Origin: a virus
Lineage: Duplodnaviria > Caudoviricetes
Direction: 5' to 3' (one strand)
Length of the DNA: 37,348 nucleotides
IMG/VR virus record: IMGVR_UViG_3300038316_000088
Location: 1 to 37,348 of that record
Of the stretch, positions 1 through 8,563 are shown in pieces (position 1 is the stretch's first letter; each line of letters opens with the position of its first letter). The translations under genes and the position numbers were made by a program. A model generated the notes under the pieces. The model searched no databases, was not told the DNA's origin, and saw nothing but the letters and a program-made list of their open reading frames with translations.

Positions 1-2
1 AC

Positions 3-107
3 ACATACACCCTAAAAATACCCACAAAAAGCATCCAAGACCTAGCAGGCAACCCACTACAAAACCCATTCACCTCCACATTCACAGTAGAGACAACCCC
101 AGAATAA
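3..107 (+). CDS. 3' end of an SbsA/Big_5-like Ig-domain protein (partial)
   Basis: Manual translation TYTLKIPTKSIQDLAGNPLQNPFTSTFTVETTPE*, typical of the C-terminal half of SbsA Ig-like domains; complements the ORF starting at 37107. Confidence 0.8.
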   Translation, partial: TYTLKIPTKSIQDLAGNPLQNPFTSTFTVETTPE

Positions 108-154
108 CCAACCTAAAAAATCAGATTACAGATTAAATTAGGGGTGCTTTTTTT

Positions 155-625
155 TTGAACATTAAAACAATACTATTAGTGATAACCATCATTGTATTAG
201 TCTTATTTACGACTGGTGCAATCCTAAACAACACCACCAACACCACCAACACTAACACCACTGTTAATCAGCGGGAGAACAATTTAACAGACAAGATGCT
301 ACGGGAAGAGTTCACACGCATACACAACCTCCCATACAGTGAATATCAGTGCCGACAAAAAAGCGAATTGCTCAAAACATATATAAGAAAATATGACAAA
401 ACCGGAGAACTCTACACCGTAAGCATACCCCACAAAACTGGTGGATACAGCCATGTATATGTAGAATACCGTGGCTATGCCTATGACCCCACCAGCACAC
501 CACAAAACAAACCACTATACCATATAGATAAGGCATTATGGCAACAACAACTCGAAGCATGGGGATTCACTGGGCAACCAATAGTAAGACAAGGATGGGA
601 TGGAGAGGTTGATACAGATGACTAA
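155..625 (+). CDS. Membrane-anchored transglutaminase-like (Cys-His-Asp) protein
   Basis: N-terminal hydrophobic anchor, Asn/Thr-rich linker, then QCRQKS...SHVYV...AYDPT; GGGGTG RBS before TTG. Confidence 0.6.
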   Translation: MNIKTILLVITIIVLVLFTTGAILNNTTNTTNTNTTVNQRENNLTDKMLREEFTRIHNLPYSEYQCRQKSELLKTYIRKYDKTGELYTVSIPHKTGGYSHVYVEYRGYAYDPTSTPQNKPLYHIDKALWQQQLEAWGFTGQPIVRQGWDGEVDTDD

Positions 626-651
626 GAATTTAACTTGGACGGGGTGAAAGT

Positions 652-1443
652 ATGACCAACATAAGCAACATTAACAAGAAAATCATGAAAGATGTGTACC
701 TAGACATGTACCAAAGGATGGCAGCATGGAAAAAGAAATATAAAAAGGAACCACGTATCATCTACATTAAACCCGGCGGCACCGGTGACTATGTATCCCG
801 TGAACGGTTCCGGGACATGCAACTACGTTTTGATGGGTACTGGAAACGGTATGGACGACAACCTAACTATGTTTGTGTTGTTAAATTTCCATGCGACACT
901 CCCACACCACTACCACCATTACCCACACCAACAAGCGATTGGGTGTTAACAGGCTTATACAAACAAGACTACCAAGACACCAGCTATACCTGTGGACCTT
1001 CATCTGCCCAAATGGTATTCAGTGCCCTAGGATTAACTTTCAGTGAGAAACAAATAGCATCCCTGGCGGGTACTAATACGGATGGAACAAGCCACCAACA
1101 ACTATACAATGCAATGCGTAAATTATACCCTAAACTAGACATAGCAGAGTATTATTTATCCGATATTGGCTTTGACGGCATAATTAAGAAGTTAAAAAAC
1201 AATTGTGAAATCATACTCCACATACAAACCTACCCCGCACTATCCAAAGACGCAGACGGAAACAAAGTATGGACACATAACTATGGACACTACATCTTCC
1301 TAGTGGGAATCAACCCCAAAACCCAGCGGGTGAGGGTTGCAGATCCAACTAAGGGTGTTAAGGAGTTCACCTATACGCAGATTACCAATGCAATCAACCA
1401 AGTCAAAGGACAAAAAAGTGTGATGGTCTTCTATAAACCTTAA
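652..1443 (+). CDS. pei: Pseudomurein endoisopeptidase (endolysin): two pseudomurein-binding repeats, Pro/Thr linker, C39-like peptidase
   Basis: YLDMYQR..KEPRIIY and FRDMQLRF..YGRQPNYV repeats; QDTSYTCGPSS, GHY and VADP catalytic motifs. Confidence 0.85.
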   Translation: MTNISNINKKIMKDVYLDMYQRMAAWKKKYKKEPRIIYIKPGGTGDYVSRERFRDMQLRFDGYWKRYGRQPNYVCVVKFPCDTPTPLPPLPTPTSDWVLTGLYKQDYQDTSYTCGPSSAQMVFSALGLTFSEKQIASLAGTNTDGTSHQQLYNAMRKLYPKLDIAEYYLSDIGFDGIIKKLKNNCEIILHIQTYPALSKDADGNKVWTHNYGHYIFLVGINPKTQRVRVADPTKGVKEFTYTQITNAINQVKGQKSVMVFYKP

Positions 1444-1483
1444 CGTGAAAAGCAATAACCCCCATTTTGACAACCAATACAAC

Positions 1484-1532
1484 AACCCCTATCTTTATAC
1501 ATTTACTTGTATAAGTTTAGGGGGTTTTTTTT
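1484..1532 (+). terminator. Hairpin plus T-tract ending the lysis unit
   Basis: AACCCCTA..TTATACA / TGTATAA..TAGGGGGTT followed by a T-run. Confidence 0.55.
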
Positions 1533-1550
1533 ATCGACCATTTCTGACAA

Positions 1551-1571
1551 AATAACAAAGTATATATATAA
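1551..1571 (+). promoter_or_regulatory. Putative archaeal BRE/TATA promoter of the early operon
   Basis: A-rich AATAACAAAG followed by TATATATATA in the non-coding gap before the early genes. Confidence 0.6.
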
Positions 1572-1623
1572 GCAACAACTTAACAATAACTGTCAAGAGG
1601 TACTAAATTATCTTCTTGCCATT

Positions 1624-1696
1624 GAGGGGGCTTTTTTTATAAGGCCCTCTTTTCTCCTATAACAATGTTTATAGGAGGATAAAGGAGAAAGGAGGG
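1624..1696 (+). promoter_or_regulatory. Structured 5' leader with alternative folds
   Basis: Hairpins 1624-1649 and 1652-1679 compete with a 14-bp helix 1645-1658/1683-1696 that covers the RBS. Confidence 0.55.
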
Positions 1697-1702
1697 AAAA
1701 GA

Positions 1703-1951
1703 ATGATAAAAAACACAAACCAGCTACATCACCTCGTCTTAAATGGCGAGGCAGAAGTGAAGGTACTCAACAGAGAGTACCTGGATGGTCCCATTAACGA
1801 TATGGGAAACCATGAAACCATTATTATTAAGGATCTTGAGGTTACTTTTCAAGGTTCAACTAAAATGTACCGGGATATATGGCAGACCGGTGCATGGCAG
1901 ATAGGAGGGAATTTAGGCCAAGCACGGCCCCTGGAATTAATCCAGGACTAA
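1703..1951 (+). CDS. Hypothetical early protein
   Basis: 82-aa ORF with strong GGAGGG RBS. Confidence 0.7.
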   Translation: MIKNTNQLHHLVLNGEAEVKVLNREYLDGPINDMGNHETIIIKDLEVTFQGSTKMYRDIWQTGAWQIGGNLGQARPLELIQD

Positions 1952-1993
1952 AATCCGTGTCTTGGCCTTTTTTTTTAAAGGAGGGAAAAGTGT

Positions 1994-2155
1994 ATGTCTG
2001 GAATTTTTGATTGGTACCGTAAACCGGTAGAAGAAAGAGAAGCAGACGTGGCAGAAGCCAGGAAACAAAAAATAAAGAACTGGAGTGATATGTTCATGGA
2101 TGAATATAAAGCACATGGACATAACAGACGATTATGTTATGGGGGTGATGACTGA
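1994..2155 (+). CDS. Small hypothetical protein (53 aa)
   Basis: Manual translation [16 protein letters not shown]...CYGGDD*; GGAGGG RBS; TGATG coupling to the next gene. Confidence 0.7.
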   Translation: MSGIFDWYRKPVEEREADVAEARKQKIKNWSDMFMDEYKAHGHNRRLCYGGDD

Positions 2156-2703
2156 TGTGTAATGGAATAGCAGTCCTAGTATGGGAGGAAAATGGCAGAC
2201 TAAAAGGACTCTGCAATGGTGAAAAACACCACGACATCCTCTGTAAGGAAAATGAAAACCTACGCCTTGGTATAATTGAGCCTTACAGGTTTGAATTATT
2301 ATACCCTGCCAACATGGTTTATGACAGGGGGGCTAGGAGTTTACCACTTGCAAATGGATGTTTTGGTGAGCAACCACCCGCAGAGGTTTGGAGTGTGGCG
2401 TTTAGTGTTGCACAACCTTTTTTTATGCAACACAGTACAGAGCAACTTGAAGGTGCAAACCTTGAAGGTGCAAACCTTGAATGTGCAAACCTTGAATGTG
2501 CAAACCTTGAATGTGCAAACATTATACGTGCAAACCTTATAGGTGCAAACCTTGAAGGTGCAAACCTTTACTGTGCAAACCTTGAAGGTGCAAACCTTAT
2601 AGGTGCAAACCTTGAAGGTGCAAACCTTGAAGGTGCAAACCTTGAAGATGCAATAACAAACCATTACACTATCCTTCCAGACGGTTCAAGGGGTGATGAC
2701 TGA
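2155..2703 (+). CDS. Pentapeptide-repeat protein
   Basis: 14 tandem L(E/I/Y)(G/C)AN-type pentapeptides in the C-terminal half. Confidence 0.9.
   Translation: MCNGIAVLVWEENGRLKGLCNGEKHHDILCKENENLRLGIIEPYRFELLYPANMVYDRGARSLPLANGCFGEQPPAEVWSVAFSVAQPFFMQHSTEQLEGANLEGANLECANLECANLECANIIRANLIGANLEGANLYCANLEGANLIGANLEGANLEGANLEDAITNHYTILPDGSRGDD
2446..2655 (+). repeat. 14 x 15-bp coding tandem repeat (consensus CTTGAAGGTGCAAAC)
   Basis: Directly visible; encodes the pentapeptide repeats. Confidence 0.95.
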
Positions 2704-2879
2704 TGAGGAAGCATCATCACTATGTTAACTTATTAGGAGCGTCTAAGCCGTCCATGTACGAAAGAGCACAACCATATATTCCATTTGTTTTAACGTTGCT
2801 CACAGTATTCACCTGCCTAATCATATTCATGTGGGTTACACAGAACCCCACAATGCCCATACTACGAGGGGGCATCTAA
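2703..2879 (+). CDS. Small single-pass membrane protein (58 aa)
   Basis: MRKHHHY...IPFVLTLLTVFTCLIIFMWV...GGI*; GGGGTGA RBS; TGATG overlap. Confidence 0.65.
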   Translation: MRKHHHYVNLLGASKPSMYERAQPYIPFVLTLLTVFTCLIIFMWVTQNPTMPILRGGI

Positions 2880-2880
2880 A

Positions 2881-2997
2881 ATGGCTGATGAAAAGAAAAT
2901 CGACCTCGGAAACCGTGACACAGTTTACAACCTCATCTGCGAAGCTTTCGACTACCTGGCAGGCGACGAATACCTGGCAGGAGGGGATGAAGAATGA
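2881..2997 (+). CDS. Small acidic hypothetical protein (38 aa)
   Basis: MADEKKIDLGNRDTVYNL...GGDEE*; GAGGGGG RBS; tightly packed with neighbours. Confidence 0.55.
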   Translation: MADEKKIDLGNRDTVYNLICEAFDYLAGDEYLAGGDEE

Positions 2998-3140
2998 TGG
3001 ATCTAAAAATAAGATTAGGCAACAAACTCTTAGGCGAAATAACCGAATACCTGGAAGGATTACCGGTAGGCAATCCTGAAAATAAGGCTCATGAAATCAT
3101 GCACATCATAGCCAGGAACACAACACCAGAGGAGAGCTAA
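2994..3140 (+). CDS. Small hypothetical protein (48 aa)
   Basis: MMDLKIRLGNKLLGEI...PEES*; GGAGGGG RBS; ATGA overlap. Confidence 0.6.
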   Translation: MMDLKIRLGNKLLGEITEYLEGLPVGNPENKAHEIMHIIARNTTPEES

Positions 3141-3142
3141 AT

Positions 3143-3325
3143 ATGACTACAACAATCCTCGAATTCTGGCAAAGACAATCACAACTCCACAAATGCCGAA
3201 CCGATGATAAAATTTTGGAGGAGATTGTGATGAAAATAGACCACCTCACACCAAGCGAAAGAGAACACTTATCTGATGAATTGGCTTGGATGTGGCTGGA
3301 TAAAGACTACAAAAAGGGGGAATAG
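3143..3325 (+). CDS. Hypothetical protein
   Basis: ORF with GAGGAG RBS, packed in the operon. Confidence 0.65.
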   Translation: MTTTILEFWQRQSQLHKCRTDDKILEEIVMKIDHLTPSEREHLSDELAWMWLDKDYKKGE

Positions 3326-3328
3326 GTT

Positions 3329-3526
3329 ATGGGTCGTCCTTACACGGAATGGGATGAAAAGGAACTAAGACAATTAGAAGAAATGAAAAAGGAAGGCTGC
3401 ACCGTTAAGGAAATCAGCCAAGCATTAGGGCGTGGTGAGGGTGCAATCTACCATAAAAGCCGACAATTAGGGTTAACTAAGAAGACAGCATGGCAAGTTA
3501 TTAGGGAATGGGGGAATTCTAAATGA
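3329..3526 (+). CDS. HTH/Myb-like DNA-binding protein
   Basis: WDEKELRQL...TVKEISQALGRGEGAIYHKSRQLGL pattern. Confidence 0.75.
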   Translation: MGRPYTEWDEKELRQLEEMKKEGCTVKEISQALGRGEGAIYHKSRQLGLTKKTAWQVIREWGNSK

Positions 3527-3825
3527 TGGACATCTTCGAAGTGTTAGATGATTTGGAAAGGGTTGAAACATTATACCGAAATAACAATGAAGCGTTACTC
3601 CAAAAGGAGGACAGCCTCTACCTACACGCTGATTGGGATGTTTTGAAGAAAGAACGAGGCATCACAAACCAACGACAACGAGAAGCCTATATCCATGAGT
3701 GCACCCAGGAACTACGAGAACAAGTCACACAATTACAGTTAGAACGTGACAACCTAAAACGTACATACACAGCACTGTTATGGATGAACAAACCCGACAT
3801 CTTGATTAGCAGCACCGGGAAGTGA
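3523..3825 (+). CDS. Coiled-coil hypothetical protein
   Basis: Helical heptad character; overlaps both neighbours by 4 nt. Confidence 0.7.
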   Translation: MMDIFEVLDDLERVETLYRNNNEALLQKEDSLYLHADWDVLKKERGITNQRQREAYIHECTQELREQVTQLQLERDNLKRTYTALLWMNKPDILISSTGK

Positions 3826-4457
3826 AAAATATGACACTTATCACAACATTTGAAGATTATCTGAAAGCCGCTGAAGAATTAGCAGACAACAGCAGATGGA
3901 TTAAAATAATCACATTCGGAATACATGAAAGCGAATCCATACAAAAATTCTTTGAAACATACAAAGACAAAAAAATAGACGTAATAATCTCTTATTACTT
4001 TAAAGAATGCCATCCAGGATGTGAACACTGCATCAAAAAAAGTCAAGGAGCCAAAGCACACTACAACAAACTCATAGACCATCACCCTAACATCAATTTC
4101 CGATTTATAACAGAATCACACGCAAAACTATTTATAACAGAGAACGGGGCAATCATAGGGGGTATGAATTTCTCAGAATCTGAGTGGGATGATTTTACAA
4201 TTGTAATATCAAACATAAACCCTCATTATCATAAATTGGTTGACTATTTTACTAATTTACAATTATCACACTCCTTTTTAACTTCATTTGAAGGCATAGG
4301 TGATAATATAATTGATTTTGGAAAATACAAGGGTTATACTTTACAGGAAGTATTAAACAGTGATAAACCCTATTTGCGGTGGCTTTATGTTAATGTTGAA
4401 GGGTTTAAAGAAAAATTTGGTATTAAAAAATCAGATTTGTGGAGTAAAACATCTTAA
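3822..4457 (+). CDS. PLD-superfamily (HKD-like) nuclease fused to a DUF3820-like C-terminal domain
   Basis: HAKLFITENGAIIGGMNFS motif; C-terminal FGKYKGYTLQEV...DKPYLRWL. Confidence 0.7.
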   Translation: MKNMTLITTFEDYLKAAEELADNSRWIKIITFGIHESESIQKFFETYKDKKIDVIISYYFKECHPGCEHCIKKSQGAKAHYNKLIDHHPNINFRFITESHAKLFITENGAIIGGMNFSESEWDDFTIVISNINPHYHKLVDYFTNLQLSHSFLTSFEGIGDNIIDFGKYKGYTLQEVLNSDKPYLRWLYVNVEGFKEKFGIKKSDLWSKTS

Positions 4458-4514
4458 TTTTTATGCCCCGAATTGTGGGCTAACAACATAATGGAAATGG
4501 AGAGGTGAATAACT

Positions 4515-5066
4515 ATGGTAAAAGTAAGCGATGTATACAACAGCGGAGGACAATTCCTATCCGCAAAAATAGCCGAAGAACTCGACTTATACCAAACAGA
4601 CATCAAAATAGCAACCGTAGAATTAATGGAAATAAGAGAAGACAAAAAACTAGTAATACACTTTGAAGACATGGACGAACTACTACCACTAAACGTGACC
4701 AACGCCAGAATACTACAAGACAGCTTAGGGAACGAAACCGACGACTGGGAAGGTAACACAATCCAACTACTACCAGTTAAACGTAACTTCCAGGGTAAAA
4801 TGGTTGATGCTATACAGGTGATGGTTGTTGGTCAAAAAAAGTTACAACCGGATGAAAACACCACAGATGGTGATTCATCCAATGACAAAAACGTGATCAA
4901 ACAAGCCGTAAAACAGAACCCTACTATTAAGGACATTGTTGCCAGCCTAACTGATATGGGTGAACAACCCACGGTTAAGGGTGTTGTTGCAGAGTTGAAG
5001 GTGCAACAGGCTGATAATAGTATCACTAAGAAGCATTATGTGGAGGCCCTGGAACTACTAATCTAA
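4515..5066 (+). CDS. Putative ssDNA-binding/recombination protein
   Basis: FLSA...KLVIHF...LPLNVTNA...GNETDDWEG..I.L...FQGKMVDAI pattern, recalled from phage replication modules; lies just upstream of the ATPase. Confidence 0.55.
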   Translation: MVKVSDVYNSGGQFLSAKIAEELDLYQTDIKIATVELMEIREDKKLVIHFEDMDELLPLNVTNARILQDSLGNETDDWEGNTIQLLPVKRNFQGKMVDAIQVMVVGQKKLQPDENTTDGDSSNDKNVIKQAVKQNPTIKDIVASLTDMGEQPTVKGVVAELKVQQADNSITKKHYVEALELLI

Positions 5067-5105
5067 CCCAGGGATCTACCACACCCACTTTTTTTTAATA
5101 AAAGG

Positions 5106-6950
5106 ATGGGGGTGAATATTACGGAGTTTATTAGCCAAATAGGAAAAAGCGAATATTGCATAACCTATGACACGGAGGAAAACACCCTATACTGCCGTTT
5201 GTATTTAAAAAATGATAAAGAAGAAAGGGGTGCGGTATTAACAAAAAAACGAATACCAAAGGGGAATATCAGCACAATAACCCCCCGCAGTCATGTTTTC
5301 ATCCAATTTAAAAGGATGATTAAAAGCCATTCCACAATCCTAAAATACTTCCAGGAGATGGGTGTTGCTGAAAATGCGTATATGGTTAAGGTAGAGGAAG
5401 CTTTGGATAAGTTGCAAATTAGTTTTGATAAATTCATGGATGATCAGGCTAAAAATGCAGAGGATGAAATTAAAGAATTAGAACAGCAGATGAAGGATGA
5501 TGCCGAGGAAAAATATCACAAGTATCATGACTTGTTAGATGATTTAAACATGACTCCCATAGAACACCTTGTTAATCTGAGTTCATGGTTTGCAGCAAAA
5601 GAAAGTATGAATATAACTGCTGGTGTGTTAGCAGCTACATCCACACTATGGGGCTTCTTACCGATATGGATTCAGATCATAGGTGCTGCTGGTAGTGGTA
5701 AGAGTAAAATTGAAGAAAGCATACTTGCCATGATCCCAGAGAGCAATGTGATTTATGGTGAGAGCAGCCTACCCGCATTGTATGCTCAGGCTGAAATGAA
5801 TCCTTACTTTTTTGACCGTAAACTTTTAGCCCTTGGAGATATGGGTAGTGAAAGGGATTTGGAACGTAATGAGGATTTATTCAACATTGGTAAACGGTTA
5901 TATAGTGATAAGGCTGGTGCTACACGGCGTAAGATGGAGAAACTGGAAAAGAACGGCCCGAATGAGATGGTACTTGAAGAGATTAAGGGGCATTGTAGTA
6001 TTATATTTACTACTATCCATGAGTTAACCGATGCACAACATGTTAGCCGTACTATTAGCCTAAATCCTTTAGATGATATGAAAGTGTTTGACGAGTACAG
6101 CCGATACATGAGCACCCTCACCTCCACGAATATTAAACGGAAAAACATTATGGAAGAGGCTGAACTGTTGAAGGGGATGATTTATCATTGTATTGAAAAG
6201 TACCGGGAACTGGAATTTGATTTAATCAATCCATATTATGAATCGATTATTAAATGGACTAACCGCCTCCCAGAACCTAAAAGGGCAAGGGAACAGATAA
6301 ACGCACTGGTTAAAGTTATTGTGCTTTATAATGACAATCCCAAACAGAAATACACATTAGATGATAGTAGGGTGATTTATGTTGTGAGCATGACTGACAT
6401 TCTCCTATTTGAAAAACTATTCAGGGTTAATGTGGGTGTATCTGTTGAGGCTATGAACTTCTATACATGGATGAAATCCAAAAACCGTAAAGGTCAGGTC
6501 AGGGTTACGAGTCGAGATGATGAGGAATGGGATGAGTTAACCTGCATGACAGAACCCACCTTTGACAGTGATTGGAGGTCACTGTTCACGATTAAAAGTG
6601 TTAGGGGTAAGGTTAATGCTAATCAACGTAGTTTTGACAAGAAAAAGATTAGTGAATACATTGATCAACTGATTGATGTTGGATTGGTAGTGGTTAAGGC
6701 TCATGACACCAAGACTGGGAACAATGATCGTATTATGGGTTTTGACCCTTTGAATGAATTTGTGTCCAGTGGGGGTATGGTTTTTGACCGTGAGGATGTG
6801 GATAATTATATTGAGAAGTATGTGGCTGGTCATGTGTGGTTGGATGATGCTGGGCGTGAATGGTTGAATAATTTTGTCTATTTTGATATGAATCGTGTGG
6901 GGGATAGGGTTGATAAGAGGTGTGTTCCTTGGGAGGATGTGGTGATATGA
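5106..6950 (+). CDS. P-loop ATPase, probable replicative helicase/initiator
   Basis: Walker A GAAGSGKS, degenerate Walker B LLALGD, FTT sensor and SR arginine-finger-like motif; position in the replication module. Confidence 0.7.
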   Translation: MGVNITEFISQIGKSEYCITYDTEENTLYCRLYLKNDKEERGAVLTKKRIPKGNISTITPRSHVFIQFKRMIKSHSTILKYFQEMGVAENAYMVKVEEALDKLQISFDKFMDDQAKNAEDEIKELEQQMKDDAEEKYHKYHDLLDDLNMTPIEHLVNLSSWFAAKESMNITAGVLAATSTLWGFLPIWIQIIGAAGSGKSKIEESILAMIPESNVIYGESSLPALYAQAEMNPYFFDRKLLALGDMGSERDLERNEDLFNIGKRLYSDKAGATRRKMEKLEKNGPNEMVLEEIKGHCSIIFTTIHELTDAQHVSRTISLNPLDDMKVFDEYSRYMSTLTSTNIKRKNIMEEAELLKGMIYHCIEKYRELEFDLINPYYESIIKWTNRLPEPKRAREQINALVKVIVLYNDNPKQKYTLDDSRVIYVVSMTDILLFEKLFRVNVGVSVEAMNFYTWMKSKNRKGQVRVTSRDDEEWDELTCMTEPTFDSDWRSLFTIKSVRGKVNANQRSFDKKKISEYIDQLIDVGLVVVKAHDTKTGNNDRIMGFDPLNEFVSSGGMVFDREDVDNYIEKYVAGHVWLDDAGREWLNNFVYFDMNRVGDRVDKRCVPWEDVVI

Positions 6951-6956
6951 ATGGGT

Positions 6957-7061
6957 TTGGTATTCTGTGTACCAAAAATACCAATTTTTGTGGGTGTGCT
7001 TGGTACACAGGTAGTAAGAGAGAAAAGTTGGGATCGGTATTTTTGGTATTCTCAGTACCAA
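6957..7061. repeat. Cluster of TTGGTA/TACCAA boxes forming nested inverted repeats; candidate replication origin
   Basis: Six hexamer copies; 26-bp imperfect inverted repeat 6957-6982 / 7036-7061; followed by AT-rich DNA. Confidence 0.55.
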
Positions 7062-7262
7062 CATAATAAAATTGAGGGAAATATTATGATATTTTTAGAT
7101 GATATGAGAATCAGCATCAAACGTGACAAAGACTATTTCCACAAATATTATGAATGGGTGGAATATGAAATGGTTTGATATTAACTTTTATGAATCTCAT
7201 AAGATTTTTAAAAAATTTTCTTATGAATGGAAAAGGTGAGTTGAAGAGGATGGTGTGTTGTG

Positions 7263-7433
7263 ATGGTTGCGACGGAGAGGGATAGGTGGACGGATTGTAT
7301 ATGCCCTGAGTGTGGGGCGTGGATGCGAGTGTTTGGTGCACCCAAAAATAATGAAGTGCAGTGCATGAACAAATGCCACACCACCCTGTACCTCAAGGAA
7401 TGGTTCGTAAAAAAAGATTTAGAGGATGTTTAG
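7263..7433 (+). CDS. Small zinc-ribbon protein (56 aa)
   Basis: Manual translation MVATERDRWTDCICPECG...VQCMNKC...EDV*. Confidence 0.6.
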   Translation: MVATERDRWTDCICPECGAWMRVFGAPKNNEVQCMNKCHTTLYLKEWFVKKDLEDV

Positions 7434-7478
7434 TTAGGTATATATGTGTTAAACGAAATAGAAATGGAGGGGATATAA

Positions 7479-7817
7479 ATGGAAAAGAAATTTATAATTA
7501 ATCGATGCTGTGATTGTCCATTCAATGATCATGGTCAAGAAAATTGTATTCCAATCATGGAATCGTATCTTGGATATAATTTCAGAGAGTATTTTGGAAC
7601 TTCATTTGGAGGGCCACAACTAGAATGCTGGTATGATCCTGATAAAGATTTAAGGGACAATGTTAGAGGCAGGGCCTGCAATAAGCTGAATTTCATCATT
7701 TGGAGAGCATCTTGGTATGATGATACGGATGTTATGTTCGACTTCGACAAACACAAAGAGTTTAAAAAACAATTACATGGTTTTCCTAAACGGTGCCCTT
7801 TAAAAGAAGATTTGTAG
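7479..7817 (+). CDS. Cys-containing hypothetical protein
   Basis: CCDCPF...CPL motifs; GGAGGGG RBS. Confidence 0.75.
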   Translation: MEKKFIINRCCDCPFNDHGQENCIPIMESYLGYNFREYFGTSFGGPQLECWYDPDKDLRDNVRGRACNKLNFIIWRASWYDDTDVMFDFDKHKEFKKQLHGFPKRCPLKEDL

Positions 7818-7858
7818 TTCGGTATATGTGAATAACGAAGTAGAAAAAGTGAGGGGAT

Positions 7859-8125
7859 GTGTGTATGGGAACTAATTATTATATTCATAAACGAAACCGA
7901 CTGCCAATGGAAGACTTAATCCATATAGGTAAATCTGTCTTTAAAAAGCCAAAAGGAGAATTTATTTGGGCTATAACTCCACAAGAATTAATCCAAAAAT
8001 TCAAGGATAACACAGGGTTGATTGTTGTTGATGAGTTAAACAAGTGTTACACTTATTATGAGTTTATGGGATTGGTTGGAAGTCGTGAATGGAATTATGA
8101 GCATATTGGAACAAGTTTTAGTTAA
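7859..8125 (+). CDS. Hypothetical phage protein (MGTNYY...HIGKS type; start probably 7865)
   Basis: ORF with GAGGGG RBS; motif recalled from phage hypothetical proteins. Confidence 0.7.
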   Translation: MCMGTNYYIHKRNRLPMEDLIHIGKSVFKKPKGEFIWAITPQELIQKFKDNTGLIVVDELNKCYTYYEFMGLVGSREWNYEHIGTSFS

Positions 8126-8143
8126 AAAAAAGATGGAGGGGAT

Positions 8144-8563
8144 GTGTTTATGAGAGAAATAAAATACAGAGCATGGGATATAGAACTACAAGAAATGAGA
8201 GATGAGTTTTTAGGTAAAAGTGGAGATGAACCTGGAGATTGGATTTTATTTTTTAAGAAGGAAGAAAACATTGAAGGAATCCAAAATCCTTACCCACGTC
8301 AGAGATTTGTATTACTTGAATATACAGGTTTGAAGGACAGGGATGGCAGGGAGATTTACGAAGGCGACATAATCAGCGAAGACTCTTCAATATGGAACGG
8401 ACATTTTTATTATTTCATTGTAAATATGAGAGATGGTTGTTGGGAAGCTAAAAGCACAATTCCCTTTGATAAAAATGCAAGAGGATGTCTTTTATTCAAC
8501 ATTAAAAATCCAAAGGTAGAAGGCAATATTTATGAGAATCCGGAATTAATAAAGGAGGAATGA
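8144..8563 (+). CDS. YopX-family protein
   Basis: MREIKYRAWD...YTGLKDRDGREIYEGDII...VEGNIYENPEL. Confidence 0.9.
   Translation: MFMREIKYRAWDIELQEMRDEFLGKSGDEPGDWILFFKKEENIEGIQNPYPRQRFVLLEYTGLKDRDGREIYEGDIISEDSSIWNGHFYYFIVNMRDGCWEAKSTIPFDKNARGCLLFNIKNPKVEGNIYENPELIKEE

Noticed and set aside
113-135. AAAATCAGA resembling the start of a Methanobacteriales CRISPR repeat
   Set aside because: Only about 9 nt of similarity and no second copy at spacer distance.
2446-2655. Tandem repeats as a CRISPR array or DGR target
   Set aside because: Contiguous 15-bp in-frame units without spacers; explained by pentapeptide coding; no reverse transcriptase in the window.
2831-3079. 82-aa ORF from the track
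   Set aside because: Shadow of three shorter RBS-bearing, coupled ORFs in other frames.
6951-7178. 75-aa + strand ORF
   Set aside because: Overlies the palindromic repeat cluster and is not convincingly protein-like; not fully excluded.
6579-7396. Minus-strand ORFs here and elsewhere
   Set aside because: Antisense shadows of + strand genes, with biased composition and no motifs or RBS.
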